Source: Felis catus
Taxonomy: Eukaryota
Assembly: GCF_018350175.1 (NCBI RefSeq)
Contig: NC_058368.1
Coordinates: forward strand, 164,674,001-164,738,000
Length of the DNA: 64,000 nucleotides
Direction of reading: 5' to 3'
Shown piece by piece: positions 13,090 to 26,670 of the stretch. The position numbers were made by a program, and so were the translations under genes. Position 1 is the first letter of the stretch, and each line of letters starts with the position of its first letter. The notes under the pieces were generated by a model. It searched no databases. It was not told the DNA's origin and worked only from the letters and a program-made list of their open reading frames with translations.

Positions 13090-13900
13090 TTGCCACAGTA
13101 ACCTATTAGGAGGTGGTACTCCCTATCATTTGTAGAAGAGGAAGACAATGAATTAACTTGAGTATTATGCCCAAAGTCACAACTAGTTATAAATGGCAGA
13201 ATCATAATTTTTACCATGATATAAGTACTTTAAATTATATCTGTCCCGGTTTCACATTACACTTACTTAATAGATTTATTTTCTTAGGTCAATTTATTCA
13301 GAAAATTTTTAAATGGCTTTTGTATTCAAAAGCTCCCCCAGGTAGTATGAATAAGGTGATGAACAAAACAAAACAGTCACCTGTAGAATCTTGTCCTCAT
13401 AGTGCTTATGTAAGGTAATTAAATGATTAATACTACATTAATTGAATGTGCTTTATTAGGTACTAGAAATACAGTGGTAAACAGGACAGACAAAATTCTT
13501 AACCTCATGAAGTTTGTGATCTCTGAGATTATATTGAGCATTTTAACAGACATCTATGACCAAACGAATTTTAACATATGACACCACCTTATGTGAAAGT
13601 CATAGGCCTGGGTCATGAACAGTGCTCCATTCAGAGCAGGGTGAGCAGGAGTGGAGACTGTTAGATGACAAAGTCAGAGGGACAGGTGGGGACCAATCCT
13701 ATAACCTTGTAGTGGGAGAGGGTTTGGTTGTTACTCTGAGTGACATGGGAAGTACTGGAAGATTTTGAGCAGAAAAGAAGCATGATCTGATTTATGTTCT
13801 TAAAAGATCACTTTGGAAAGCTGAGTGAATGTGCTGTTGGAGGAATGGGGCAGGAGATCCAATGAACAGACTTTTGTAATGCTATATGTTCAGTGCTATA
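13090..13900. mobile_element. MIR and L2 relics
   Basis: MIR core-like 'gcccaaagtcacaactagttataaatggcagaatc'; L2-like 'gattttgagcaga..gcatgatctgatttatgttcttaaaagatcact'. Confidence 0.6.
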
Positions 13901-14559
13901 TGGCAATTTATGGAGTGGAATCACAAGGAAATTTCATAAAAGCCAGCTAATTGTGGGTTTTTAAAAAATACTAAAAACAAACTATAAAAATAAAACAATG
14001 GAAATACAAGCATCCATAAATCTCACTAACTTAAACATATAAGTCAGTCTTTGTTTATTCTTTCTTTCATCTTCCTACCTTGTTTGCTTGCTTTCTTTTT
14101 GCTTTCTTTTTTCTTTCCAATAAAGAAGTCAGGAGCACTTGGCAGCCAGCATAGATTCAAGGTCCATTTGTTATAATTCACCAATAACACAATTCTTTTT
14201 AAATGTAAAACAAGTAGGCTACATAATCAACTTCAATTAAATGCAAATTGATCTTTTACCTGAGAGAACCAACTTGAGAAATACTAATCTTTGTAGTAAA
14301 ATTAGTCAACTTTGCTAATAAAAGTATTATATCACCAATATAAGAATTTTCTTCAAAGGCAAAATATATGGGATTTCATAAAATAACCAAATTAATTTTT
14401 TCCTCTACTGAAATATTTTCAAGAATTTAACCAAGGGATTTACACAAAACATGGTGCCAGATGCAAAGAATTCATGCCCTTTCATTTGCTTACACTTCAC
14501 TATTTAATCTCAAAGTGGCCAGAGCTCTTAATTAAAGACAAAGATGAATATACCTTGGT

Positions 14560-15060
14560 GCAAAGTTGTTTTTATTTCTGAATGAGCACACTTGTGAAAC
14601 TGATTTCTTCAATAGCAGGGCCAGGTGGAGAGATGGAGGTCACCTCTGTGTAGCAGCATGCTCCTCCCAGGTCGATAGGAAGCCGGCAATGCTGTCTTCC
14701 TCAGTGACCAGATGGGCCAAGTCCTGCAGAATAGTCCACAGCCATTATTCTGTGCATCAGGCTGTGCAATTGATTTCAAGATAACAGACAAGAGGGAAAG
14801 GGCTGTCAGGCTTGACTGCCTCCTGTCAATGCAAGAGCCCTGAAACAGTGTAATTCAGAAATTTTTTGTCAATTTGGGTAAGCTAGGGTGGAATCCTGAC
14901 AGGGTGATTCTTTATTTGTCATGCAGTTTGAAGGTGCAGTGGGAATCTGCAACTTGTGCCTGGGCAGTGACTGGCCTGGCTAAAACAGTACGTCATGATA
15001 CATGGCTCAATTTCACAGCAAAGTCTGTGGAGGATTTTGTTTCCTGGGCGGGAAAGAATA
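14560..15060. promoter_or_regulatory. Candidate conserved enhancer (MEIS/TALE motif cluster)
   Basis: Repeat-free, GC-richer island; CTGTCA at 14803 and 14823, TGACAG at 14897, TGTCA at 14867 and 14917. Confidence 0.4.
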
Positions 15061-15634
15061 AAAAGGTGGAAATGAAAGGCACAGTTTATTTTTCAAAGCC
15101 TATCTAAGATATTCCATTTTTCTCAATTCCTATGTAGCCTTTATATTGTAAACTTATTTTCCTGTCAGTTTCTAAATTTCAGTTATCTACAGAATATAAA
15201 ATTCACTCTCTGCTTGTAATCAAATCAGTAATGTGGGAAATGGAAAAACTAACATCCCAGGAACAGGGAAACATACTCTAAGTGTCACTACAGTTATATT
15301 TTGACTTGTATTGGGCAAATCACGTTACAATAATTGTGACATATATGGATGGATTTAAAATTGTGCATTAGGCTGTGCTAAATCATGTGAAAAGTGTTTG
15401 AATGAAAACATTAATTACATCTCATAGGTAAACATCAAAGAGACTAGACAAATCATGCTTTTGCTTTGCTTAATACTAGAGATATCAGAGCTACTTGACT
15501 ATAAATTCTCTAGGGCTCCTTTGTTTTGCTGCATTCCATCTGTTGTACAACTTCATGAACATTTAGGTTGTTACTCTGTGGTTTACAAATAATGACAATG
15601 TCAAAGTGATTTTTCCCCAAGTAAATTTTCCTAA

Positions 15635-18600
15635 ATTTCCCCCTTCTTCTACTGTTTTTAGGCTTTAAGCTTTCTTTTTGAAGCTCTTGAGGTGTAAGGT
15701 TAGGTTGTGTACCTGAGACCTTTCTTCCTTCTTTAGGAAGGTCTGGATTGCTATATACTTCCCTCCTCTGACCGCCCTTGCTACATCCCAGAGGTTTTGG
15801 GCTGTCCTGTTTTAATTTTCATTGTCTTCCATGTACTTTTTAATTTCCTCTTTAATTTCTTGGTTAACCCTTTCATTCTTTAGTAGGATGTCCTTTAATC
15901 TCCAGGAATTCATGGTCTTTCCAAATTTTTTTTCTTGGGTCTGAAAGACCACCATAATGTTGTGGTCCGAAAATATGCAAGGTGTGATCTCAATACTTTT
16001 GTACTTGTTGAGGGTTGATTTGTGACCCAATATGTGAGCTATTCTGTAGACTGTTCCATAGGCACCAAAGAAGATTATGTATTCTACTGCTTTAGGATGA
16101 AATGTTCTGAATATATCTGTTAAGTCCATCTGGTCCAGGGTGTCATTCAAAGCCGTTATTTCCTTGTAGATTTTCTGCTTAGATTGGATCTGTCAGTTGC
16201 TGTGAGTCAGGTGTTGAAGTCCCCTACATTTATGATGTTATTATCAATGAGTTGCTTTATATTTGTGATTAATCCATTTATATATTTGGGTGCTTTCCCG
16301 TTGGGAGCATAAATATGTACAATTGTTAGATATTGCTGGATAGACCCCTTAATTATGATATAATGCCCTTCTTCATCTCTTGTTACAGTCTTTATTTTAA
16401 AATCTAGTTTGTCTGATATAAATATGGCTACTCCAGCTTTCTTTTGATGACTTTTACCATGATAAATGGTTCTCCATATCCTAACTTTCAATCTTCAGGT
16501 GTCTTTATGTCTAAAATGTGTCTCCTGTAAGCAGCATATGGGTGAGTTTGCTTTCTTATCCATTCTGATACCCTGTGTCTTTTGATTGGAGCATTTAGTG
16601 CCATTGAATTGCCTGTAGAGTTGGTGTTTCTGGTGATGTTCTCTGGTCCTTTCTAGTCTCTTGCTTTTGGTCTTTTTTGTTTTCTTTTGTCTTTTCTCCA
16701 CTCAAAGAGTCCCCCCTAAATTTTTTTGCAGGGCTGGTTTAGTGGTTATGAACTCCTTTAGTTTTTGTTTGTCTGATATCTCTCCTTCTATTTTGATTGA
16801 CAGCCTTGCTGGATAAAGAATTATTGGCTGCATATTTTTCTGATTCAGCATATTGAATATATCATACAACTCCTTTCTGGCCTGCCAGTTTTCTGTGGAA
16901 AACCTGATCTGTCTTCCCTTATACATTAAAAACTTTTTTTTCCTTTACTGCTTTCATAATCCTTTCCTTATCTGTATATTTTGTGAATTTGACTTTCATA
17001 TGCTTTGTTAATGGTCAGTTTTTATTGAATCTTATGGGAGCTCTTTGTGCTTCTTAGATTTTGATGTCTTTGTCCTTCCCCAGATTAGGAAAGTTTTGTG
17101 CTCTAATTTGCTCATATAAACCTTCTGCCCCTTTTTCTCTCTCTTCATCTTCTTGGGGTTCTTATGATTCAGATGTTATTCCTTTTTAATAGGTCACTGA
17201 GTTCTCTAAGTCTTGTATCATACTCCTTTGCCTATGTTTCGCTCTTTTTTTTCTGCTTCATTATTCTCCATAGTTTTATTTTCTATATCATTGATTCACT
17301 GCCCTGTTTCATCCATCCTTGCCATCGTGGCATCCTTTCAAGATTGCATCTTGGTTATAGCATTTTTAATTTTGTCCTGACTAGATTTACTTCTTTTATT
17401 TCCACAGAAAGGGATCCTATACTTTTTTCAAGTCCAGCTAGTATTCTTATTATCATGGTTCTAAACTCTAGTTCAGACATTCTGCTTATATCTGTGTTGA
17501 TTAAGCCTCTGTCAGTTTCTTTCCATTCTTTATGTTGGAGTGAATTCCTTCATTTTGTAATTTAGGAAGAAGAAAAAAATTAATAAAATAAGAAATAGAA
17601 AATGAAAACAAAACAAAAAATTAAATAAAGGAAGCTAGCTCCTAGGTGTGTTTTCGTCTGTTTGTTGAAAGAAACTTGATATTATAGATTTTAAAAAAAG
17701 GGATAGAAAAGAAAAATAAAAGAAAGAATTTTAAAAAATGAAAAAAAAATTATAAAATAAAATGAAACAAAGAAAATGAAATAGAATAAAAAATTTTAAA
17801 AATAAGGTAAAAAATATTTTTTTCCTTCTGTATCCAAGAAAGTGGAAAAAAAAGAAAAGAAAACAATTTAAGTGAAAACAGAAGCAAAGAAAATGAACAA
17901 ATAAGTGAAGCAACAAACAGAATGAAATCCAAATGAAGTTATATCCAGTTTCCCCTAGGACTGAAACTATGAAGCCTTCTATAGTCAGTATACTAAGCAG
18001 ATGAAGTGACTTGTGCTGGCCTAGGGGATGTGCTTAGTGGGTGCAGTTGGATGTGGTTTGGTGTAGTGGTTCCATTCTCCACTAGGTGGTGGTGCTTAGC
18101 TTAGTTTACTGGTTCAGTGTGGCCTGCATGCACAAGTGTGGGAGAGGTGGGACTGGCTTCACCCAGTTCCCTAATCTCTGGCACAGGAAGTTGGTGGTCT
18201 CACGACCAAGGATCAAGTACCCCTCCTTTTTCTCAGGCCTCTGTCCACTCCTTGACTCTACACTGTCCATTCCCAAGCTATCTGCCTGCCAGGTGGCACC
18301 TCCCTCCTGAGTTTTATCTCAGATGGGGTTGTGTTTCAGAACTTCACACTTCAGAGTCCCCCATGACTTGGACCCATGCCAGTTCTGTAGGGGAGAGTCT
18401 TGCTGAGCAATGACCAGGTGCTGGCTTGCTCTAGAAAACATCCCTGCGATTGTGCAGTGGTAGAGGTTCAGAGTTTATGGAAAATAACACCACACAGCTG
18501 GTGCCAGTTTTTGTCACACTCTGTCATCTTTGTCCCACAACCAGCAAACATGGCTGTTCTCTGGATCCAATGGGACCTTTGCCTGTGGAGAAGCCATATG

Positions 18601-19180
18601 AACTCTACCAAATGCACTTCAAGCAAAGGAACTGCCTCTCTCCATGTGGCACAGGGATCCCTCAGACCCCACTGCCTGTTCCTGGGGATTCGCCCTGTTT
18701 CCTCACCAGAGCACCACCAGACACTAAGCTCTGAAACTTCAGACTCTGAGCTCCCCTGTTTATAGAAACCTGGTGATATTGAAACACTCTCCTTTCTTCC
18801 TGTCGATGGTTGGGAGAACAGATTTCTTGTTCAGTACTCTGAGTGTTTTCACTCTTTCTCTTTCTCTCCAGCTACTTTCGGTTAAATGCTTTTTTTTTTT
18901 TTTTTTTTTTTTGCATCATCCTGATGTGCTGCATTTTTCCCCTTTCTCTTTCTCTGTCCTCTCTCCACATAAACAGCTCCCTACCTTCCATGGCTTTTCT
19001 CTCCCCCAGTTCATCTCTCTGCACCACGTACCTGCCAAGTTCTGTGGCTCAAGTTATGCAGATTGTTGTGTTAATCCTCAGATCACTTTCCGACGTATTT
19101 ATAATGGTTTGGTGCTGATCTGTCTGCATTTCAGGGACAAGACAAATTCGGCGTCTCCATGCTGCTTTGCCATCTTCTAC
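15635..19180 (-). mobile_element. Carnivore LINE-1, 5' half only (5'UTR, broken ORF1, ORF2 endonuclease region); 3' part missing
   Basis: ORFs 16207-16491 (KKAGVAIFISDKLDFK...NVGDFNT) and 15812-16150 are L1 EN; 16702-16926 is ORF1 C-terminus (ILYPARLS); 5' end 'GAAGATGGC' near 19177. Confidence 0.93.
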
Positions 19181-19282
19181 AAGTCCTTTTAAAACAATAT
19201 TGATGCCACTTTCCATTAAATGTTGCATTTTTTGTAATTTTCTTTTAAAAACTACTAAATGATACACTTGTGTACTTTCTTT

Positions 19283-19490
19283 TAATTTTTTTTAATGTTT
19301 ATTTATTTTTGAGAGAGAGATAGAGAGCAGGTGGGAGAGGGGCAGAGAGACAGAGACCTAGAATGCAAAGCAAGTTCCAGGCTCTGAACTGTCAGCACAG
19401 AGACCAGCATGACACTTGAACTCACAAACTATGAGATCATGACCTGAGCCGAAGTTGGATGCTTAACCAAGTGAGCCAGCCTGTCGCCCC
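19283..19490 (-). mobile_element. SINEC
   Basis: Antisense SINEC with tttaatgtttatttatttttgagagag tail. Confidence 0.92.
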
Positions 19491-21149
19491 TATGCTAGTG
19501 GAGAGCAAATAATTCATAACATCATGATATGCATGTATTTGTATCTGTGTGTGTGTATGTGTGTGTGTGTGAAAAATTGTGATATCACTGAATTACACAA
19601 ATAAAAGTGAAAATATAATTAATATTGTTTAAAATAAACATTCTCAATTTCCTTCAATTCATGGAAAGATTGCTATAAGAAATTCTTTAAAAAAGTAGTG
19701 GGGAGGGATTGTAGTCTTTTATAAGGGCTCAGAGATTTATTATTTTGATTTTGTTTTTATTTTTTGTATTTATTTTACCTCTTTGTGAAAGGAAATACAA
19801 TTAATATGGATAATAAGTTGAAACATAAAACACTCTAAATTTCTGTCAGCTCAAGTGTTTACACTTTTCTGTTTATTAATCTCTCCTCTCATAAAAGCAA
19901 ATAAACTATCTTCACCAAACAACAAAAGCTATAGAGTACAGAAATGGTACTCAGTCTTTTATTTTTATATTCAATACAACCATATCCAAGGGACCTGTAT
20001 TTTTGTACCTGCTTAATATCACATGTATGAATGGTGAATATAAATGCTGCTGACAAATAGTTTCCAAAGTTAAGTATATCTTGCGTGTTTTTCTTTGTTT
20101 GATTGAGGGTTTTTCAGTTTACTAAGACAAAAATTGCTTCCAGCACTTGAAATGTGATCGCATTGTTTAGATATGGATCCTCAAGTGTCCTGAATCACAG
20201 ATATGTATCTTAAATGTCAGTGGGGACTGTCTGTGGTTAATCCATCCTTTTTTAGACAAACATGCCCTTGGCAGTTCTTCTCAGGATTCAATGATGCTGT
20301 TTAATTGACAATTTAAAATTTGCAACATGTAATGCCTCTACTCCTAATCCCCAAACCATATTTATGTTTCTTGTAAGTCATAAGCAGGCCAAGGACACTG
20401 AGGTCTTTAAGTTTCAAGAGCCTGTGGGATCTGGAATGTATATCACCTGTACATATGTAACCTGCTGAGAAATAGCAGTGGTGCAGAAAAATATGGTTTT
20501 ATTTCTTGATCAGTGTAAGTTAAATAGTTCTTTATTTCCTCCCTTTCATTATGTATTTCTAGCTCAATGCTGTGAAACCCACTGACAGTAAATCCCTGGA
20601 AACTAGGGTGTGAGAGAAGAATTTGTTTACTTATAGGGAAATTGCAATTACCTCCTACAGTTTTTTGGGATACAATTTGCAGACCACTTGTGTTGAGTTT
20701 TTTGGTTGTTTGTTTGTTTGTTTGTTTGTTTTAACCAAGGACGGCTTTTCTTATTTGTTTGTGATGGAGTTTAGCCGTTTTTCTTAATATGAGGGGGTGG
20801 GGATTTTTTACTAGAGGAGGTTGTTGTTACTTTAGTAAACAAAAATATATATGTAACAGTAACTATAGTATCTTAGATTGCTAAGACCTAACAAGATAAA
20901 ATGAAAGAACAGACAATTCATAACCCTTTCATGGTAACATTGGAATTGAAGGTTTAATTTTTTTGGTTTTATTTCTCTATAGGAATTGTGTAAAAAGAGA
21001 TGGATATACTTCTTGAATTTTATGGCCCATTTTTGTTTCTGTCCAAAACTTAGAAAAAGAAAGCTCAAACAAATAATAGCAAGAAAAACTGATATCTTAA
21101 GGAAGCTTTCATTATCTAAAAATTTAGAAGAAAATAAGAAAGTAGTAGT

Positions 21150-21299
21150 GGTGCTTGGATTGAGCATCTGATTCTTGGTTTGGGCTCAGGTCATGATCTC
21201 ATGGTTCTTGAGTTTAAGCCTCACAATGGGCTCTGCATGGATGGTGCAGAGCCTTTCTGGGATTCTCTCTTTCTGTCTTCCCCTCCCTCACTCATGTGT

Positions 21300-21348
<49 letters not shown>

Positions 21349-21372
21349 ATAAATAAATAAACTTAAAAAAAT
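21150..21372 (+). mobile_element. SINEC, 5'-degenerate
   Basis: SINEC body, (CT)n about 40 bp, A tail; TSD aaaataagaaa. Confidence 0.88.
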
Positions 21373-21699
21373 AAGAAACTGAGTGTTTAAAGTTATTTCT
21401 GATGTAATTTGTAAGCATTATGATTTGTAGATCATACAGTGTTGTAGAAGTAGAAAACACTCTAGTGTAATAGATTAAGCAAAGGAATATATGATAAGAG
21501 TCATGGGTTATAGTCTGAGAACCTTATGAAATTTTAAGAATTTTTAAGAATATTTACATACTATAATTAAAACAACTCCATTGATCTCTCTTTTAATCTG
21601 AAGAATGGAGATAGAGTAAGGAAGGAGACATGCTTTAACAGCTTGGAAAGTTTTTGTGAGGAGGGGGTGAAATGTTTGATTAGAAAAAAAATTAAGTTA

Positions 21700-22760
21700 A
21701 AATCAGAGTGACAGCTCATATCTGGCACAATGGAGCAACAGGTATTAGATAAGATCTTTCAGAGTTTAACAAAAAACTGTAAAAGAAGACAAAATATGTG
21801 TGGCAACTCATTTTAAGCATTGGACAAGAGAGGCAGCATAGGACTTTAATCCTCTATGGAAGGGGAAGCATGTGAGATCAGCCCAGAGTTTACCTTCTTG
21901 ACTGTCACACAGGGAGATGAAGCCTGACAGAGTGTGATGGTCTCTACAATTAGGAGGCATAGAGAGCATTTTTATGATACAAAGTGGTTGGAATTCATGG
22001 GCAAGATTCTGAAGAGAAAGAAGTCGCCAGAAGGAATTAGATTAATTAGACATTTGTCAAGGGCTCAGCCTTGAGTCCTGATTGATTTCTGGATGTACAC
22101 TCACGGGTGAGAGTGCAAGGTTGAGAAGAGAATAGGTGCTACTGGTATAAAAAATGAATCAAGATTCCTAAAGTACAGTACTGCTGAAAGACACTGGAAT
22201 TTTATAGTCCACCCAGAATAGAGAGACCTTCTGAACAATGAGGTATTCAGTTGAGATCACATCTTAAAAATAAAACACATGCCCTAGAAAAAGGACATAT
22301 TGTAGGACTAAACAAAAACTATATCATATTTTCCCTAACATAATAATAATAACAATAATAATAATAATAAAAGATTAACAGAATGAAGAAAATGTACCAG
22401 TAATTCAAATGCCTGCCAGAGTCTAAGCACATTTCAGAGAAATATAACAGAAGCTAAATTCTCTGGGATGTGTCGTTAACAATGTCCAGCATGCAATCAA
22501 AATGTACTCAATATGTGAAAAAATGGAAAAATACTACCCTTAGACAAGGAAAAAGACAATAAAAACTAATCCTGCAATTATGTAGAAGTTAGAATAAATA
22601 GACAACTGTTATAAATATGCTCAAGAAAATAAGGAAAAGTACACATAGTGAGTGGTCTGATGGGAAATCTCATTACAGATATAGAAATTTTAAATAAGAA
22701 ACAAATGGAAACATGAACTACATGCTTATGAAAATGAGATTAAACTTATACAGAAAAAAA
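21700..22760 (+). mobile_element. Probable old L1M 5'/ORF1-region relic
   Basis: L1M-like stretches 'aatgtccagcatgcaatcaaaat', 'ttataaatatgctcaagaaaataaggaaa', 'gggaaatctc'. Confidence 0.5.
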
Positions 22761-22763
22761 TTG

Positions 22764-22940
22764 TGGGGCACCTGGCTGGCTCAGTCGATTAAGCGTCCTG
22801 CTCTTGAGTTTGACTCTGGTCATGATCTCATGCATGTGGGATTGAGCCCCAAGGCAACCCCCATGCTCAGCGTGGAGCCTACTTTGGATTTTTTCTCTCT
22901 CTCTATCTCTCTGCCCCTCCCCCACTACAGTGCACTCAAA
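22764..22940 (+). mobile_element. SINEC, 3'-truncated
   Basis: ggggcacctggctggctcagtcg head. Confidence 0.88.
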
Positions 22941-23008
22941 TTATGTGTATATTTCACACATAGCTATGTGAACTGTTTCAAATTATTAAGTCTAAAAAAG
23001 TAGAAATA

Positions 23009-23205
23009 GGAGGGTTGCCTGGGTGGCTCAGTAAATTGAGCATCTGACTTCAGCTCAGGTCATAACCTCATGGTTCATGAGTTCAAGCCCTGCATCAGGC
23101 TTGCCGTTGTCAGCATGGAGCCTACTTTGGATCCTCTGTCCCCCTCTCTTTCTGCCCCTCCCTGATCATGCTTTCTCTCTCAAAATAAATAAACGTTAAA
23201 AAAAT
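23009..23205 (+). mobile_element. SINEC
   Basis: Head/body/tail; TSD tagaaatag. Confidence 0.92.
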
Positions 23206-23510
23206 AGAAATAGAATACTGATATTGTTTGAAGTTAAACAGCTTGAGGGATGCCATTTTAGGGAGAACTACCTTACATTTTGTTGTGTTTTATTTTAATA
23301 GTTTTCAGTTCTTCTCTGAAATAGAAAATGCAGATTCTAATCATGAGGTAATGAGATTACAGGTTCTTCTGTATTCTGTAATCTGGTGGGACTGTAGCCA
23401 GACTCTTCTACTAGAAGTAAGAATTACTAAATATTCACGATAATTGTATTGTGGTATTTTAGATAGTTTCCATTATATATGAGAGAAGCTCTTTTAAGAA
23501 ATTTTTACCT

Positions 23511-23725
23511 GGGGGTGCCTGGGTGGTTAAGTCAATTAAGCGTCCAACTCTTGAATTTGGTTGAGGTCATGATCCCAGGGTCATGGGATCAAGCCCTATG
23601 TCAGGCTCCTCACTAAGCATAGATCCTGCTTAAGATTCTCTCCCTTTTCTCTCTCTCTCTCCACCCCCCCTCAATCCAATTGCCTGTGTGCACACATACA
23701 CATTCTCTCTGTCAAATAAAAAAAA
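23511..23725 (+). mobile_element. SINEC
   Basis: Head/body/tail; TSD aaga(a/c)atttttacctg. Confidence 0.92.
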
Positions 23726-23906
23726 GACATTTTTACCTGTAGAATATGAGGTACAAATATGTTTTATTACTAATATTATCAGTTTTAGCACAATAATCAG
23801 CTATAGCAAGACCTTAGTATAATATTGGACCAAAATACATAAAAAGTATTTACTTCTAGTTATTCCATTTATTATGTTCACTACAAAGAAAATGGAAATG
23901 TGTATG

Positions 23907-24350
23907 TGTGATGGTTAATTTTATGTGTCAACTCAGCTGGGCCATGAAACCTAGATATTTAGTGAAACATTATTCAGGATGTTTCTGTGAGGGTGTTTTT
24001 GGATTAGATTTACATTTCAATCTTTAGACTTGGAATAAAGCAGATTACTCTGCATAAGGTGGATGAACCTCAATCCATCAATTGAAGGTCTTAGGACAAT
24101 AAAAGTCTGACCTCTCCCAAGCCAGAAGGGATTTCATCAAACTACCTTTGCCCCTCATCCACAACATTGGCTCTTCCTGATTCACCAGCTGACTGCTTTT
24201 GTACTCAAACTGCAACTCTTTGCTGAGTCTCCAGTCTGCCACTTGCCCCCATTAGAGTTTGAACTCACCAAGCCACCTATGATCACATGAGATGACTCCT
24301 AAAAGTAAATCTCTTTGTGTATGTGTATCTGTATACACATAGATATATAT

Positions 24351-24388
<38 letters not shown>

Positions 24389-24446
24389 ATACACCCACAT
24401 ATACATTCTCTCATTTGTGTTTTTCTGGAGAACCCTGAATAATAAA
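23907..24446 (+). mobile_element. MLT2 (ERVL) solo LTR with internal (CA)n
   Basis: Canonical start tgtgatggttaattttatgtgtcaact and end ctggagaaccctgaataata. Confidence 0.9.
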
Positions 24447-24645
24447 ATGTGTAATTATGAAATTCAATAAGATAATATCTGCATTGAAGGAATTTACATA
24501 AACATAATTTAACTCAAGTAGAGTTTAAATCATAAGTAATAAAATTAAGAAAATTGACATATACTTATGTCAATGGAAGATAAAAGTAAACAGCTGCAAT
24601 ATATTTTTACTTCTGATATCCCATTTAAAAGTAATTTAAATATAA

Positions 24646-24868
24646 GGGGTGCCTGGGTGGCTCAGTCGGTTGAGCGTCCAACTTCAGCTCAGGTCATGAT
24701 CTCGCGGTCTGTGAGTTTGAGCCCTGCATCAGGCTTTGTGCTGACAACTCAGAGCCTGGAGCCTGCTTCAGATTCTGTGTCTCCCTCTCTCTCTGCACCC
24801 CCGCCACCCCTTGCTCATGCTCTGTCTCTGTCTCTCTGTCAAAAATAAACATTAAATTAAAAAAAATA
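24646..24868 (+). mobile_element. SINEC
   Basis: Head/body/tail; TSD taaaagtaattta. Confidence 0.95.
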
Positions 24869-26643
24869 AAAGTAATTTAGATATCAAGTGTAATTTAGCA
24901 AAGTTACTTATATATGAATTATATAATAAAAGTTTGTACTTTAAAGAAGTGTGTATTACTTTCTTTTCTCTACTTGTTAGGTACTTTATGGATTTATACC
25001 TTGTGTTTTCTAATGTCTGGCATCACAATTACATATTAGAAAATAAATATTCTTTAACATTTGTCTAATATCTTACAGAGAGATGTTGAAATTGTGAAAT
25101 TGTGAATAGATATAAGAATTATCTTTCATTTAACATTTTACCTTATGGGCTTGATAGAACCTATTGATTTGACAGAAAAAAAGCCTTCTACATAATTGGA
25201 TAGATACCATTTTAGCATTTTTACATAGATCATTTATCCTACTGTGTATCAGAATAACTCTTCTGTAGAAACTAAAATGAATAAACATCAGTTTGTCTTT
25301 TTTTAAGAAAAACTATGCCTTCAAATCATGTTTTCATGAATATATTTATTCATGGAATATTAATAACTCATTCTACAAGACTTCAATTTCTATGAATACA
25401 TTTGCTTAGATGGTCTGATTTTTATATATAGCAAAAATAATCATTTCCTAATAATTATAGCCTGTGTGAATAATATAAAAATACAAGGAAACATGTATAG
25501 TTTAGAAATATAGTTTGAAAAATGGAATGAACTGCTAAAATGTGAAGGGAAATTTATTCAGTTAAATCCAGTGGTAACACATCCTTCAAGTAATATAAAA
25601 ACTTGAAAAGTATCTCAAAACAGTAGCAGATTTTTCTACCCAATCAAAGAAAAGGCTAGATTTGTGTTTAAGTAACTTGAAATAAAGACTATGTTGAGTA
25701 AAATGGTTTGTGCACATCTGAGAATTTGGAGAGTTCTCAAGAGCACAGGAATGATTCTTCACAGGTTTTGTTATTTAGAATGTTTGGAATTTTTTTTAAC
25801 AATAATGCAGGCATTTTAACACTTTGAAATGCTGTACTTTGTTATAGATTCCCAACTTTTGGAGAAAGATGTGAGGATGATTTACATAATCCTTCTGATT
25901 CATATTTTGTCCAAATTTATCACATATCTCATTTTGATCACTTTAGATTCAAACACCTATTCTATTTCAAGCTGAGGTTGTTTTTATTTTATTTTTTTTA
26001 AATACTTCATGCCTTGATATCCCTTAATATGCTAATAATTTAAATATTACTACCAATAACAATAAGTTATCAAGTCCATTTTACATGATCCCCACTAAAT
26101 GCTTTGCATACAGTATTTATTTAATACTTACACCCATGAGGTAGTTACTGTAACCATCTATATATTGACATTGTATATCTTCTATATAAGATTAGGTTAT
26201 TTGACTTGCCTAATACACTGCAAATAGAAGAATATAGTCAATGTGTTTATAGAAGCTCATCACTTTCTCAAAATGTAAACATTTTTTAATTAATAATAAA
26301 AAGCTGCCTAACTGTATTTATTATATATATCACCTGTGTTTTCTGTTTTCTTTCTAGACTATTATCATTAGCACATTACTGAACAGAAGCCACCAGCCTA
26401 ATTTGGAAGTGGTGTAAAAATCAACTGCTACCTTTATAGTTTTTTTTCATTTTCCATATAATTTTTGTAGATATCTTAAATTCATCATAGATATTTACGA
26501 GTCAGAAATTTAACACAATTCCTTATTGCAGACAGTTACATCAGAAAGACACATTGGTGAAAGATTGGAAGGGTGGTGTGCACAGTTTGAAAATCAAATG
26601 TAAAGCTTTTAAATTGAAGACATCTTAGTTTGTAGAAATAGCA

Positions 26644-26670
26644 ATCTTACCTGGCAGGAGAGATACTGAT
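26644..26670 (+). pseudogene. Possible U1 snRNA 5'-end fragment
   Basis: cttacctggcaggagagatac matches U1 CTTACCTGGCAGGGGAGATAC at 20/21 nt; similarity stops soon after. Confidence 0.45.

Noticed and set aside
18086..19267. Cluster of 70-140 aa ORFs
   Set aside because: They lie in the GC-richer L1 5'UTR, as do those at 52495-53311; no coding signature
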